A model generated the notes under the pieces. The model was not told the DNA's origin, searched no databases, and worked only from the letters and a program-made list of their open reading frames with translations. A stretch of DNA of 64,000 nt. It comes from Candidatus Sericytochromatia bacterium (GTDB taxonomy: Bacteria > Cyanobacteriota > Sericytochromatia > S15B-MN24 > VGJW01). The position numbers and the translations under genes are program-made. Within the stretch, counting starts at the first letter, position 1; every line of letters starts with the position of its first letter. Where the stretch lies: NCBI GenBank assembly GCA_035285865.1, contig JAYKHS010000011.1:96001-160000 (forward strand). The letters run 5' to 3'. This document shows, piece after piece, positions 41,697 through 52,885 of the stretch.

Positions 41697-43094
41697 TCAG
41701 GCGTGAATGGCCTTGCCGGTGACGGCAAGCGCGGCTTCCTTCAGGACCTCGGCAAGCGTGGGATGCGCATGCGAGGCCATGGCTAGGTCCTCGCTGCTGG
41801 CCCCGAAGGCTATCGAGACGGCCGCCTCGGCAATCAGGTCGCCGGCCCTCGGGCCAATGACATGGACACCCAGGACCCGATCCGTCTCGGCGTGCGCCAG
41901 AATGATGGCCTTGCCGTCGATGTGACCGAGCGCCCTGGCCCGGCCGTTCCCCCTGAAAGAGAAGGTGCCCTTCCGGAAGGGGATGCCTTCCCGTTCGAGT
42001 TCTTCGGACGTTCGGCCCACGGAGGCAATCTCGGGCTCCGTGTAGACCACGGCCGGGATGCTCATGTAGTCCACGTGTCCGTGGCCGCGGACGATGATGT
42101 CGACGCACGCCACCCCCTCCTCCTCGGCCTTGTGGGCAAGCATCGGGCCGCGGACCAGGTCACCGATGGCGTAGACGCCAGGCGCCGAGGTTCTGAAATG
42201 TTCGTCAACGGGCACGATCCCGCGGGGACCGGTCTCGATGCCGACCGTTTCGAGGCCGAGGCCATCCGTATTGGGCACGCGGCCCGTAGCCAGCAGCACC
42301 TTGTTGCCGATGACGGGCTCCGCTCCCTCGATGCGGACCGCGACCCGACCGTCCTCGAGCAGATCCGTACCCAGCACCTTGACTCCGAGTCGGAACGTCA
42401 GGCCCTGACGGCCGAAAATCCGCTCGGCCTCGCGGGCGAGCTCGGGCTCCATCCCGCCAAGCAGGCGCGGCAGGTATTCGAGCACCGTCACCTGCGCGCC
42501 CAGACGGGCCCACACCGAACCCAACTCGAGCCCGATGACCCCTCCACCGATGACGACAAGATGCTCCGGAACCTTGTCGTAGGCGAGTGCCTCCGTGCTC
42601 GTGCCGACGTGAACGCCGTCCACGGTGACACCGTTGAGCGAAGCTACTTTCGAGCCGGTTGCGAGGATGACATTCGTGGCCGTGAGGGTTGTCTCCGCGC
42701 CGGACTCATCCCGTACCACGACGGTTCCCGGCCCAGCGAGGCGCCCCCGCCCGACGAATCGGCTGACGCCATTCTTGCGGAAAAGCCCGTCGATGCCCTG
42801 GGTCAGGGCCTGGACCACCTCATCCTTGCGCGCCATCATCGTCGTCAGATCCAGGCTGACGCCTGCGACACGGACGCCATGAGCCTCGAGACCCGACCGA
42901 GCCTCGTGGAAACGCTCGCTTGACTCCAGCAGGGCCTTGCTGGGGATGCACCCCACCCGAAGGCACGTCCCGCCAAGCCGCGCCTCCAGCTCCACGCACG
43001 CCGTTCGCAAGCCGGCCTGCGCCCCCCGGATGGCAGCGACATAGCCGCCCGGACCTCCACCGATGACGACGAGATCGAACTGCTGGGTCTCCAC
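41697..43094 (-). CDS. lpdA: Dihydrolipoyl dehydrogenase (E3)
   Basis: GGGPGGYVAA, GGTCLRVGCIPSK, HAHPT. Confidence 0.96.
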   Translation of the reverse strand: METQQFDLVVIGGGPGGYVAAIRGAQAGLRTACVELEARLGGTCLRVGCIPSKALLESSERFHEARSGLEAHGVRVAGVSLDLTTMMARKDEVVQALTQGIDGLFRKNGVSRFVGRGRLAGPGTVVVRDESGAETTLTATNVILATGSKVASLNGVTVDGVHVGTSTEALAYDKVPEHLVVIGGGVIGLELGSVWARLGAQVTVLEYLPRLLGGMEPELAREAERIFGRQGLTFRLGVKVLGTDLLEDGRVAVRIEGAEPVIGNKVLLATGRVPNTDGLGLETVGIETGPRGIVPVDEHFRTSAPGVYAIGDLVRGPMLAHKAEEEGVACVDIIVRGHGHVDYMSIPAVVYTEPEIASVGRTSEELEREGIPFRKGTFSFRGNGRARALGHIDGKAIILAHAETDRVLGVHVIGPRAGDLIAEAAVSIAFGASSEDLAMASHAHPTLAEVLKEAALAVTGKAIHA

Positions 43095-43096
43095 GG

Positions 43097-44272
43097 CTAG
43101 ACCTCCAGCAGCATGCGGGCCGGGGACTCGAGGCAGTCCTTGATGCGCCGCAGGAAGGTCACGGCCTCGCGACCGTCCACCAACCGGTGATCATACGTGA
43201 GCGCCAGATACATCATGGGCCGCAAGACGACTTGCCCATCGACGCCGACGGGACGCTCCTGGATGGCGTGCATGCCCAGCACGGCGCTCTGGGGCGGATT
43301 GACAATGGGTGTCGAGAGCATGGACCCGTAGATGCCGCCGTTGCTGATGGTGAACGTGCCACCCTGCATCTCCTCGGGCTTGAGCTTGCCTGCCTGGGCC
43401 CGCGTTCCGAAGTCGGCGATGGCCTTTTCGATGTCGGCAAAGCCCAGACGGTCGGCATCGCGCAGGACAGGGACCACGAGGCCCTTGCCGCTGCCGACGG
43501 CCACACCGATGTCGAAGTAATGCTTGTAGATGATGTCCGTGCCCCGAACCTCGGCGTTGATCGCCGGGAAGGCCCTGAGCGCGTCCACGGAAGCCCGCAC
43601 GAAGAAAGACATGAAGCCAAGCTTGACGCCATGCCGATCCTTGAAGCCCTCGCCGTGCTGCTTGCGCAGGTTCATGACCGCCGACATGTCCACCTCATTG
43701 AAGGTCGTCAGCAAGGCGGCATCCTGTTTGGCCTGAACCAGACGCTCGGCGATGCGCCGACGCAGGGAGGTCATCGGCACGACCTCCTCGGACCTGGCCG
43801 CCGCCCGGGGCGCGGCCGCCGCCCGCAGCGCATCCTCCTTGAGCAGACGTCCACCTGGTCCTGTGGCCGCAGCATCCGCTGCCGTGAGTCCAGCATCTGC
43901 CAGCACGCGCGCCGCAGCAGGCATGACGACCGGAGCAGCCTTGGTCGGTGCGCCGGAGGCTGGCTCGATGACCGGCGGAGCGGCTGCAGGCGCCGCGGAT
44001 GCGGAAGCTGGAGGCTCGACTGGGGGAGCAGCCGACTCCTCGACCCGGGCGATGACCTCACCGACCTTGGCGGCAGCGCCCTCGACCTTCAGAACCTCGA
44101 GCAGCACGCCATCTGCGGGCGCAGGCACTTCGAGCGTGGCCTTGTCCGACTCGATCAGCACCACCGTCTCGTCCCGGCGGACGCGCTCGCCCTGCTTGCG
44201 GGCCCACGGGCCGAGCGTCACGTCGGTGATGGACTCGCCGACACTGGGCACGACGATGTCGCGAACGGTCAT
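43097..44272 (-). CDS. sucB: 2-oxoglutarate dehydrogenase E2, dihydrolipoyl succinyltransferase
   Basis: VPSVGES, lipoyl [22 protein letters not shown]. Confidence 0.96.
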   Translation of the reverse strand: MTVRDIVVPSVGESITDVTLGPWARKQGERVRRDETVVLIESDKATLEVPAPADGVLLEVLKVEGAAAKVGEVIARVEESAAPPVEPPASASAAPAAAPPVIEPASGAPTKAAPVVMPAAARVLADAGLTAADAAATGPGGRLLKEDALRAAAAPRAAARSEEVVPMTSLRRRIAERLVQAKQDAALLTTFNEVDMSAVMNLRKQHGEGFKDRHGVKLGFMSFFVRASVDALRAFPAINAEVRGTDIIYKHYFDIGVAVGSGKGLVVPVLRDADRLGFADIEKAIADFGTRAQAGKLKPEEMQGGTFTISNGGIYGSMLSTPIVNPPQSAVLGMHAIQERPVGVDGQVVLRPMMYLALTYDHRLVDGREAVTFLRRIKDCLESPARMLLEV

Positions 44273-44316
44273 GGTCTTCCTCTCGGGTTGTGAATGCGGG
44301 ACACGTCCCGCGTGGT

Positions 44317-47082
44317 TCATCGGACGGGAGCCACGGGCAGAGGCGCGAGGGCCTCGTCGAGGATGGCCCGGTGCTCCTTCTTGTGCTGCGAGGGACTGCC
44401 GGCTGCAGGGCTGGCCGATGCGGGCCGCGCCACGGGCCTCCAGGAGCGCCCGGCAAGGGCGTCGCCAAAGGCAAGCCTCAACCAAGGCCACGCGCCCATG
44501 TTCAAGGGCTCTTCCTGAACCCAGAGCACTTCGGCCTGTCGGGAGGCCTCGGCAAACAGGGCCGCAACCTCCTGGACAGGGAAGGGATGCAACTGCTCGA
44601 CACGGATGATGGCGACCTCGTGCATGGCCTTGGCCTCGCGTTCATCCATGAGATCAAAGGCCACCTTGCCCGTGCAGAGCAGAATTCGGCGAGCCTTGGC
44701 AACGGGCACCTGGTCATCGGTCAGCACCCTGCGGAAAGTTCCGCCCGCGAAGTCTGCCACCGTTCCCGTCGTGCGCCGGTGGCGCAGCAGGCTCTTGGGC
44801 GTGAAGACCACAAGCGGCTTGCGCCACGGCCGCAGAACCTGCCGCCGCAGGAGATGGAACAACTGGGCCGCGGTCGTGGGGTAGGCGACCTGAAGGTTGT
44901 CCTGAGCCGAGAGCTGCAGAAAGCGCTCGATGCGCGCGCTCGAGTGCTCGGGTCCCATGCCTTCGTAACCATGCGGCAACAGCATCACGAGGCCGTTGAG
45001 CAAGCCCCACTTGGCCTCGCCGCTGGTGATGAACTGATCGATATGGACCTGTGCGCAATTCGCGAAGTCTCCGAACTGGGCCTCCCACGCCACGAGACCG
45101 CGAGGAGTCTCCAGCGCATAGCCGTACTCGAAGCCGACCACGCCCATCTCGGACAGCGGACTGTTGTGAATGGCGACGGGCCCCTGCGCATCCGCGAGGT
45201 GTTGCAGGCTATTGTGGCGCCTGCCATCCCTGACGTCCGTCAGAACGGCGTGACGGTGGCTGAACGTCCCGCGACCGCAATCCTGGCCCGTCAAGCGCAC
45301 CGGATGGCCCGCGACGGCCAGACTGGCAAAGGCCATCGCCTCGCCCGCCGCCCAATCTAGGGGCTCATCCCCGGTCGCCATCCTGCGACGCTGCTCAAGG
45401 ATGCGCTCCACCTTGGGGTGAGGGGTGAACCCTTCCGGCATGGTGGCCCAGGCCGTCAGGAGCCGCTCCAGATCGGTGGAAGCAAGGCTCGTGTCCACAT
45501 CGGGGGCCTCGGCTTCGGGCCCACCGACCACACCGACCCAGTCACCTTCCGCTTCGTGGACCCCGGGCTTGCCTTCCGGTGAGCGGGCGAGCGCAAGCTG
45601 CCCCTCGAGCGCATCGCGAGCCGCGGTAACCATGCCATCCACCTCGGCTCGCGTCAGCACACCAGCGGCAACGAGGGCGTCTCCCTGTGCCACGTGCAGC
45701 GGTGCCCGCGCATCGATGGCCGCATACATCGCAGGCTGCGTGAAACGGGGTTCGTCACCCTCGTTGTGTCCACGCCGGCGATAACCGACGAGGTCCACCA
45801 CGACATCCCCCCCGAATCGGGCGCGGTAATCGACGGCCAGAGACAGAACCTGCATGACCGCAGCGGGATCCTCGGCCGAGACGTGGAATATCGGGGCATC
45901 CAGCATCCGGGCGACATCCGTCGCATACTCGCCGGAGCGCGCCTCATGCCAGGAGGTGGTGAATCCGACCTGATTGTTCACGACGAGATGCAGCGAGCCG
46001 CCGGAAGCGTAGGCCGGCAGGCGAGAAAGATTCAGCGTTTCCTGGGCAATGCCTTCACCGATGAAGGCGGCATCTCCGTGAATGATGACGGCCATGGCAT
46101 CCGTACCCCGGTGATCCCGAAGAGCCCGGGCACGCCCCATGGCCACCGGGCCAACGAACTCCAGATGGCTGGGATTGAAGCAGAGCGAAACCTCGACCGG
46201 GTCCGCTCCGGTGACGTCCCACGAGCGATGCCAGCCCAGATGGTACTTGACGTCCGCATGCCCGGGATAATCCCCGTCGGTATCCTCGAACTCACGGAAG
46301 ATACGCGCAGCCGGCTTGCCGGCAATGTGCGTCAGCACGTTGAGGCGTCCACGATGGGCCATGCCGATGACCAGATGCCGCGTGCCAGCAAGCCCCGCCC
46401 GCTGGATCAGGTGCTCCAGTGCCGGGATGAGAGTTTCGGAACCCTCGAGCGAGAAGCTCTTGGCCCCGAGAAACTTCTTCTGGATGAAATCCTCGAATAC
46501 GGCAGCACGCGTCAAGGCATCAAGGACAGACCGCTGACCGGCATTATCGAGCGGGGCCAGAAGGCGTCCACGCTCGACCTCACGGACCAGCCATTCTCTG
46601 GAGTCCACTGCATCGATATGGCCAACCTGAACCGCCACGCGACCCGCCCATGTCCGGCGAAGCCAATCGAGGAACGCCTGACCACCGGCGAGCCCGGCAG
46701 GAAGGCCGATCCCATCGGGCACGGGACCCGCCATTTCCTCAGGCGAGAGGCCGTGCCAAGCGGGCTCGAGTTCGGGAACCGGCCCCCGTGGAGTCCCGAG
46801 CGGATCCAGCGGAACCGCCCGATGGCCGTGTCGGCGGTAAGCATCCACAAGGCGGACCAATCCCGGACGCGACGTCCCCTCGGCAACGCCGCTGCCCCCG
46901 AACAACGGGCCCGCAACGGCAGCCGGACCGACACGCGTCGGATGCTCGGCGTGGGCCGCCGCGAAGGTGGCGCGCCAATCGGGAGCCACGGACTCCGGGT
47001 CGGACAGCCAATCGGCGTAGAGACCCTCGACGTAAGCCAGGCTCTGGGGATCAGGAAACGAGTTCGAGTTGGACACGGTCAT
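44317..47082 (-). CDS. sucA: 2-oxoglutarate dehydrogenase E1
   Basis: [46 protein letters not shown]. Confidence 0.96.
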   Translation of the reverse strand: MTVSNSNSFPDPQSLAYVEGLYADWLSDPESVAPDWRATFAAAHAEHPTRVGPAAVAGPLFGGSGVAEGTSRPGLVRLVDAYRRHGHRAVPLDPLGTPRGPVPELEPAWHGLSPEEMAGPVPDGIGLPAGLAGGQAFLDWLRRTWAGRVAVQVGHIDAVDSREWLVREVERGRLLAPLDNAGQRSVLDALTRAAVFEDFIQKKFLGAKSFSLEGSETLIPALEHLIQRAGLAGTRHLVIGMAHRGRLNVLTHIAGKPAARIFREFEDTDGDYPGHADVKYHLGWHRSWDVTGADPVEVSLCFNPSHLEFVGPVAMGRARALRDHRGTDAMAVIIHGDAAFIGEGIAQETLNLSRLPAYASGGSLHLVVNNQVGFTTSWHEARSGEYATDVARMLDAPIFHVSAEDPAAVMQVLSLAVDYRARFGGDVVVDLVGYRRRGHNEGDEPRFTQPAMYAAIDARAPLHVAQGDALVAAGVLTRAEVDGMVTAARDALEGQLALARSPEGKPGVHEAEGDWVGVVGGPEAEAPDVDTSLASTDLERLLTAWATMPEGFTPHPKVERILEQRRRMATGDEPLDWAAGEAMAFASLAVAGHPVRLTGQDCGRGTFSHRHAVLTDVRDGRRHNSLQHLADAQGPVAIHNSPLSEMGVVGFEYGYALETPRGLVAWEAQFGDFANCAQVHIDQFITSGEAKWGLLNGLVMLLPHGYEGMGPEHSSARIERFLQLSAQDNLQVAYPTTAAQLFHLLRRQVLRPWRKPLVVFTPKSLLRHRRTTGTVADFAGGTFRRVLTDDQVPVAKARRILLCTGKVAFDLMDEREAKAMHEVAIIRVEQLHPFPVQEVAALFAEASRQAEVLWVQEEPLNMGAWPWLRLAFGDALAGRSWRPVARPASASPAAGSPSQHKKEHRAILDEALAPLPVAPVR

Positions 47083-47168
47083 CCGCACCTTCGGGGAGGA
47101 TGTGACGCCCTATTGTAGCCTGACGGCTTCACACGGGCCATCATGCGCCACGCTGCGAGGGCGACCGC

Positions 47169-50100
47169 TCAGTCCCCGGCGACCAGAGCAGCTCCCGGTA
47201 CCGGTGTGGCCACGGAATTCTCGGCGACTACAGTCGCCCTTCGGCCTCGGCCGAGGAGCCTGCCGGTACCTCCCTTGAGGTCGTCCAGCAAAGTGTAGAA
47301 GACGGGCACGACGAGCAAGGTCAGGAACGTCGAAGTGACCAGACCACCAATGACCACCACCGCCATCGGCGAACGGAACTCGGAACCGGCACCGAGGCCA
47401 AGCGCCATCGGGAGCATGCCAAGCACCATCGCGGCCGTGGTCATGAGGATGGGCCGCAACCGAACCTTGGCTGCCTCGATGACGGCATCCGTGCGCGTGC
47501 TCCCCCGCTCCCTCATGGTCAGCGTGAAATCGATGATCAAGATGGCGTTCTTCGTGACGATGCCCATCAGCATGATGATGCCGATGAGCGCCATCATGCC
47601 GAGATCCTTGCCGAAGACCAGAAGACCGAGAAACGCCCCGATGATCGAAAGCGGCAAAGAGATCATGATGGTCAGCGGGTGCAGGAACGATCCGAACTGC
47701 AAGGCCAGGATGAAGTAGATCAGGATGATGCCCATCAGGATGGCTTGGCCGAATCCCGAGAAGGAATCCTGCTGCTGCTTGGCCTGACCGTCCATGTCGG
47801 CAACTACGGTCGGCGGCAGCTCGAGCTTCGGCAGCAACTCGTTGCGAATCAGATCCGTCGCGGTGCCGACCGTCGTGCCGGGGACCAGATTGGCCGTCAC
47901 GTGGACCAGCCGCTGACGATTCTTGTGCTCGATCTGCGAGAATCCGCCACCGAAGGTGACCTCGGCAAGGCTGGACAACGGCACCGCCCCGCGCGGGGTC
48001 GTGACGGAGAGATTGCGAATCCCGTCGAGGTCCCTGCGGTAACGATCCGAGAGGCGCACCCACACATCCACCTCATTCGGACCAAACGTGATGGTGCTCG
48101 GCGTCTCGCCACTGGTCGCCAGACGCAGCGTGAGCGCCAATTGGGACGCCGTGACGCCGTACTGGGCCATGCGCTCGCGATCGGGCACGAGGCGAATCTC
48201 GGGCTTCTCGTCCCCGAGGGAGGACTCGAGATCCGCGAAGATGGTCTTGTCGGCCATCAGCGCCACGAGCCTTGAAGAGTACTGACGCAGCTCCTCGAGG
48301 TTGTCACCCTGAAGCTGGACGTCCACGGGCTTGTTGTTGCCGGGCACCAGGCTGAACTCATCGGCAAGAACCTTGTAGCCCGCCGTGCCCGCGAACTCCT
48401 CACGCACCCGCTTCGCCAGCTGGGCATCGGAGATGGACCGCTCCTCCTTGGGCACCATCAGGATGGACAAGCGGGCATCGTCGACGGTGCCGTAGTTGCC
48501 GATGGTCGTCAGCACGTGCGCCACCTCGGGATGTGCTTTGACCTTTGACGCCACGGAATTCGCCACGCGGGTGGTTTCCGCGAGCGGAGACCCCTTGGGC
48601 AACTGGACGCGTAGCAGGAACTCGCCGCGATCGGCGTTGGTCAGGAAGGTCTTCTGGATGAACTGCGTCAGGCTCAGGCCCCCGAAGAAGGTCACGCCGG
48701 CCAGAACCAGCACCAGACCGCGATGTTCGAGGCCCCAGCGGAGCATGTGTCCATAGCTGCGCTCCATGGAGCTCTCCCCTCCATGAATGCTCTGGTCCTT
48801 GGGCGCCACTTTGAGCAGGTACGCCGACATCATGGGTGTAAGGGTCCGTGCGATCAGGAGGGAGAAGGCCACGGCAAAGGTCACCGTCAGGCCGAAGCTC
48901 TGGAAAAACCTCCCGATGAAGCCGGACATGAACGACATCGGCAGGAAGACACCGATGATCGTCATGGTGGTCGCCGTGACGGCCAGCTGGATCTCCCCCG
49001 TCGCGTTGATCGCGGCGCGGATCGGCTCTTCCCCGAGCTCCATGTGGCGGTAGATGTTCTCGAGATCGACAACCGCATCGTCGACGAGAATGCCTACGAC
49101 GAGCGACAGGGCCAGGGTCGTCAGGTTGTTGAAGGTGAAGCCCATCAGGTACATCGGGATGAACGCGGCGATGATCGACAGCGGGATGGCCAGCCCGCTG
49201 ATCAGCATGGCTGGCACGTTGCGCAGGAACACGTAGAGCACCAGCACCGCCAGGACCGCACCGATGGCCAGGTGCTCCCAGACGGCCGCATTCGACATCT
49301 TCACGAACTTCGTCGTGTCCTGGGCCTTGGTGATCGTCAGGCCTTTGGGCAACGTGTCGCGAAGGGCGGCCATGCGGGTATCGAGGGCACCCACCATCTC
49401 GACGGCGTTGGCATCCGTCTGCTTGGTCACGGAGAGGATGACGGCCTGGGCACCGTCCACGGAGGCATAAGTCGTCCGATCCTTGCTGGTCTGCCGGACC
49501 GAGCCGAGGTCACGAAGCCGGACCTGCCCGCCCGCAGGCGTATTGACCACCATCCCGGACAGGTCTTCGACATCGGCGAACTTGCCCATCGTCCGAATGT
49601 TGTATTGACGCGGAGACCCCTCCACGACGCCTCCGGGCAAGTTGTAGTTCTCGGCCTGGATGGTCTGGAAGACGCCCGGCAGCGACAGACCATAGGCCTG
49701 CAGGCGCTCCGGCTCGAGCGCCACCTCGACGGCCGGTTCGACGTTGCCCGAGAGCAGGATCTGGGCCACGCCCGGCACCTGCTCGAGGCGCGGCTTGAGC
49801 GTGTCCTTGACCCAGGTGGACAGGGCCATGTCGGACATGCCGGGAGCCGAAACTGCATAGCTGACAATCGGCGTCGAACTGAAAGAGAAGGTCGAGAAGC
49901 TGGGGGGCTTCGCATCCTTGGGCAACTTGTACTGGACGGCGGAAATCTTGTCGCGAATGTCCGAGGCCGCCTCTTTCGAGGAGGTCCCCAGCTTGAGCGT
50001 CACGATGACGGTCGAGAGGCCGTCCTTGGATTGTGAGGACAGCGTATCGAGCCCATTGATGCCGCCCACTGCGTCCTCGATGGGCTTGGTCACCAACGTC

Positions 50101-50330
50101 TCGACCTCGGACGGAGCCGCACCGGGGTAGACGGTGTTGACGACGACGACGGGGAATTCGATGTTCGGGAAGAGCTCCAGAGGCATCTTCATGAACGAAG
50201 CAAGGCCACCGATGACAAGCATCACCATCAGGATGATCGTGGTGACAGGATTCCTGATGAAGAACGTGGAGAAGTTGAAGCCGGTCGGCTCTTCTCCGAC
50301 ACGGTCGCCTTGCTGGTCGCTCATCGACAT
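47169..50330 (-). CDS. RND efflux transporter permease (AcrB/HAE1-like)
   Basis: 1053 aa; GILVDDAVV, KNAILI and RLRPILMT proton-relay motifs. Confidence 0.95.
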   Translation of the reverse strand: MSMSDQQGDRVGEEPTGFNFSTFFIRNPVTTIILMVMLVIGGLASFMKMPLELFPNIEFPVVVVNTVYPGAAPSEVETLVTKPIEDAVGGINGLDTLSSQSKDGLSTVIVTLKLGTSSKEAASDIRDKISAVQYKLPKDAKPPSFSTFSFSSTPIVSYAVSAPGMSDMALSTWVKDTLKPRLEQVPGVAQILLSGNVEPAVEVALEPERLQAYGLSLPGVFQTIQAENYNLPGGVVEGSPRQYNIRTMGKFADVEDLSGMVVNTPAGGQVRLRDLGSVRQTSKDRTTYASVDGAQAVILSVTKQTDANAVEMVGALDTRMAALRDTLPKGLTITKAQDTTKFVKMSNAAVWEHLAIGAVLAVLVLYVFLRNVPAMLISGLAIPLSIIAAFIPMYLMGFTFNNLTTLALSLVVGILVDDAVVDLENIYRHMELGEEPIRAAINATGEIQLAVTATTMTIIGVFLPMSFMSGFIGRFFQSFGLTVTFAVAFSLLIARTLTPMMSAYLLKVAPKDQSIHGGESSMERSYGHMLRWGLEHRGLVLVLAGVTFFGGLSLTQFIQKTFLTNADRGEFLLRVQLPKGSPLAETTRVANSVASKVKAHPEVAHVLTTIGNYGTVDDARLSILMVPKEERSISDAQLAKRVREEFAGTAGYKVLADEFSLVPGNNKPVDVQLQGDNLEELRQYSSRLVALMADKTIFADLESSLGDEKPEIRLVPDRERMAQYGVTASQLALTLRLATSGETPSTITFGPNEVDVWVRLSDRYRRDLDGIRNLSVTTPRGAVPLSSLAEVTFGGGFSQIEHKNRQRLVHVTANLVPGTTVGTATDLIRNELLPKLELPPTVVADMDGQAKQQQDSFSGFGQAILMGIILIYFILALQFGSFLHPLTIMISLPLSIIGAFLGLLVFGKDLGMMALIGIIMLMGIVTKNAILIIDFTLTMRERGSTRTDAVIEAAKVRLRPILMTTAAMVLGMLPMALGLGAGSEFRSPMAVVVIGGLVTSTFLTLLVVPVFYTLLDDLKGGTGRLLGRGRRATVVAENSVATPVPGAALVAGD

Positions 50331-50333
50331 GCT

Positions 50334-51416
50334 CTACCCTCCGGCCTTGATCGTCAGGGAGTCACCATCCTTGACGAAGGCTGCCCCGTCCGCGACCACC
50401 CTTGCCCCTCGAGCGAGGCCCGAAAGCACCTCGACCCGCGCAGCTTCACGAAGGCCGGTGCGCACGGGCGTGCGGACCGCCCGGCTGCCATCGGCAACAT
50501 AGACCACCTGTTCCGCGCCGTCGGTCTGCACGGCCGACGTCGGGACGACCAGACCCTGATGCGTGCCCGCCGCGAGTACACCCACGACGTTCATGCCGAC
50601 CCGCAGACGCCCGGTGCGTTCCAGCGCGACCTTGGCGGAGATGAGCCGTGATTGCGGATCGACGACCTGGGCAATGTCCAGGATCCTGCCCCGGAAGACC
50701 TCGCCGGGCAGGGCCACGGAGGTTACGGTCACGGGCGCCCCCTCGCGCACCAGAGCAAGGTCGCGCTCCGAGAAGGCGAGTTTCGCCTGGAAACCGTCTG
50801 CCCGAGCGAGCGTGAAGAGTGGCGTGGAAGGGCCGGCCATCGCACCGACCTCCACCTGACGCTGGAGCACGATGCCCTCGATGGGGCTGGTGACGACGGC
50901 ATTCGCCTGCGTTGTCTCGAGCAGGCGGATGGAAGCCCGCGCCTGCCGAACCTGACTGTCGTTGAGCCGGACGCTGCCCTCGGCAGAGCGCAGCTGCTGG
51001 TCGCTGGCGACGTCCTGCTCCCGCAGCTCCTTGACCCGTCGCAGGTTGTCGCGAGCCAGCTCCAGGTTGGCCTCGGCCGCAGCAAGGGCACTGCGTCCCT
51101 GCTGCAACTGCCAGGCCATTTCCGGAACATCAAGGCGGGCAAGGACCTGACCCTTCCGCACGCGCGCACCCTCTTCCGCCCCCAGATCGAGCACGCGACC
51201 GGAGGACTTGGGGATGATGGTGACCTGCGCCTTGGGGATGACCGTGCCGGACAACTCCAGACGTCGGGACATCTGCTCGGTGCGGGCCGCCTCAACGGTC
51301 ACCGCGACGGGTTTGCGCACGGAAGAGGTCGCCTTGGACGCCGGAGCAGCCCCCTTCTGGCAAGCGACCAACACCGTCGCGCACAGGGCAAGGGAAGCGA
51401 TGGCCACGAGTCTCAC
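50334..51416 (-). CDS. RND periplasmic adaptor (MFP), lipoprotein
   Basis: Lipobox LVAC; EEGARVRKGQVLARLD, SPIEGIV, VEVLSGL. Confidence 0.93.
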   Translation of the reverse strand: MRLVAIASLALCATVLVACQKGAAPASKATSSVRKPVAVTVEAARTEQMSRRLELSGTVIPKAQVTIIPKSSGRVLDLGAEEGARVRKGQVLARLDVPEMAWQLQQGRSALAAAEANLELARDNLRRVKELREQDVASDQQLRSAEGSVRLNDSQVRQARASIRLLETTQANAVVTSPIEGIVLQRQVEVGAMAGPSTPLFTLARADGFQAKLAFSERDLALVREGAPVTVTSVALPGEVFRGRILDIAQVVDPQSRLISAKVALERTGRLRVGMNVVGVLAAGTHQGLVVPTSAVQTDGAEQVVYVADGSRAVRTPVRTGLREAARVEVLSGLARGARVVADGAAFVKDGDSLTIKAGG

Positions 51417-52885
51417 GGGCGTCCTCCGGTCGAAGCAAGGCCGACGCCCGTCGCCACGAAAGCAACCGGGTCGAGGCCCAAGGATTGAGCGAGACGCAAC
51501 TCGGCCGCGAGCGCGTCGTAATGAGCCTGGACGGAGCCGGTCCGCGCCTGGGTCAAGGCCGTCTGGGCGTCAATGACCTCATAACCGGTCCCGACGCCCG
51601 CCTTGAAGCGCACGTCGGACAGACGCTGTGCCTCAGCCGCCACGGCCAGCCCCGATTTCGCGATGCGCACCCTGTCGCGAGCCTCCTGACGACCCAGCCA
51701 GGCCGCCGTGATGTCCGTCGACAGTGCACGCCGCAACTGCGTGAGCTGCAGGTCCGTCTGCACCAGATCAAGGCGACCGGAGGCCACCTTGGAGGCGTTG
51801 CGCCCCCAGTCGACCAGCGGCACTTGAAGAGACGCCGAGACATTGAGCGACCGCCCGGTTGCCAGGCCCAGCTGCGTGTAACTGGCCGAGCCGATAACCT
51901 TGGGATACACGCTGGTCTCGGCGAGCGTGAGGTTGGCTTCGTCCATCCGGCGCTTGGCCATCAGCGTCTGGATTTCGGAGCGAAGCTCGACTGCCGGACC
52001 CAGATCCCGACCAGGCTCGAACGCAACTTGCGGCAAGACAGGCTGGGCCTCCAACGGACGCTGACCAAGCGGCTCACCCAGCGCGGTGCCCAGTGCCAGA
52101 CGCGCCAGCTCGAGACCACCCGAGGCGGCACGAAGCTGGCCCTCCACGGTAGCCAGACGACTCTGGGCCTGCAGAACCTCGAATCGGGTTCCCGTCCCGG
52201 CCCGGAACCTGCGCTCTGCGGATTCGACGTGGCTCTGGGCCTGACGCTGAGCCTGCACCGCGACCTCGAGGAGAGAGGATGCCCTGAGAACCTGCAGGAA
52301 ACCGTTTGCCGCATCATATCCGGCCTTGCGCAACTGGGCACGACGGTCCTCTTCGCCCATGGCTACGGAAGCCTCGGCAAGGCGGAGGCCCGCACTCGTC
52401 TGGAAACCGTCGAAGAGTACCTGACTGACGTTGAGTCCCGAGGTCATCAGCATGAACGGAGCGTCGGTCACTGCACCGAAACCGCCCAACCCGCCGAGTC
52501 CTCCAAGGCCACCCATGCCGAGTCCCCCACCCAGACCACCGGCCCCCACGCCGCCCTGCGCTCCACCCGGACCGCCGAGGCCGCCAGCCCCGCCGAATCC
52601 GAAACCGCCCAACCCTATGGCATTGCTGTCCACCTGCTTGAACATGAGGCCGGATGCGTTGGCACTGATTTGAGGATAAAGCCCCGCATAGGTCTGGGTG
52701 ATCAGCTCCCGGGCCTGAGCCACCTTGGCATCGGCGACAGCGACGGAGAGCGCACGGGCACGCGCGGAGGCCACAGCCTCCGCCAGCGTCAGCGGGGCGG
52801 ACGCCGGAGCGGACACCTCGGCACGAACCTCGGCGGCACCAAAGAGCACCAGCAAGCTAGCCAGCAAGGATGCCTGACGCGTCAT
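51413..52885 (-). CDS. TolC-family outer membrane factor with Gly-rich insertion
   Basis: LTLAEAV, YPQIS, QVLFDG, RFRAGTGTRFEVLQAQ, RFKAGVGTGYEVIDAQ. Confidence 0.9.
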   Translation of the reverse strand: MTRQASLLASLLVLFGAAEVRAEVSAPASAPLTLAEAVASARARALSVAVADAKVAQARELITQTYAGLYPQISANASGLMFKQVDSNAIGLGGFGFGGAGGLGGPGGAQGGVGAGGLGGGLGMGGLGGLGGLGGFGAVTDAPFMLMTSGLNVSQVLFDGFQTSAGLRLAEASVAMGEEDRRAQLRKAGYDAANGFLQVLRASSLLEVAVQAQRQAQSHVESAERRFRAGTGTRFEVLQAQSRLATVEGQLRAASGGLELARLALGTALGEPLGQRPLEAQPVLPQVAFEPGRDLGPAVELRSEIQTLMAKRRMDEANLTLAETSVYPKVIGSASYTQLGLATGRSLNVSASLQVPLVDWGRNASKVASGRLDLVQTDLQLTQLRRALSTDITAAWLGRQEARDRVRIAKSGLAVAAEAQRLSDVRFKAGVGTGYEVIDAQTALTQARTGSVQAHYDALAAELRLAQSLGLDPVAFVATGVGLASTGGRP

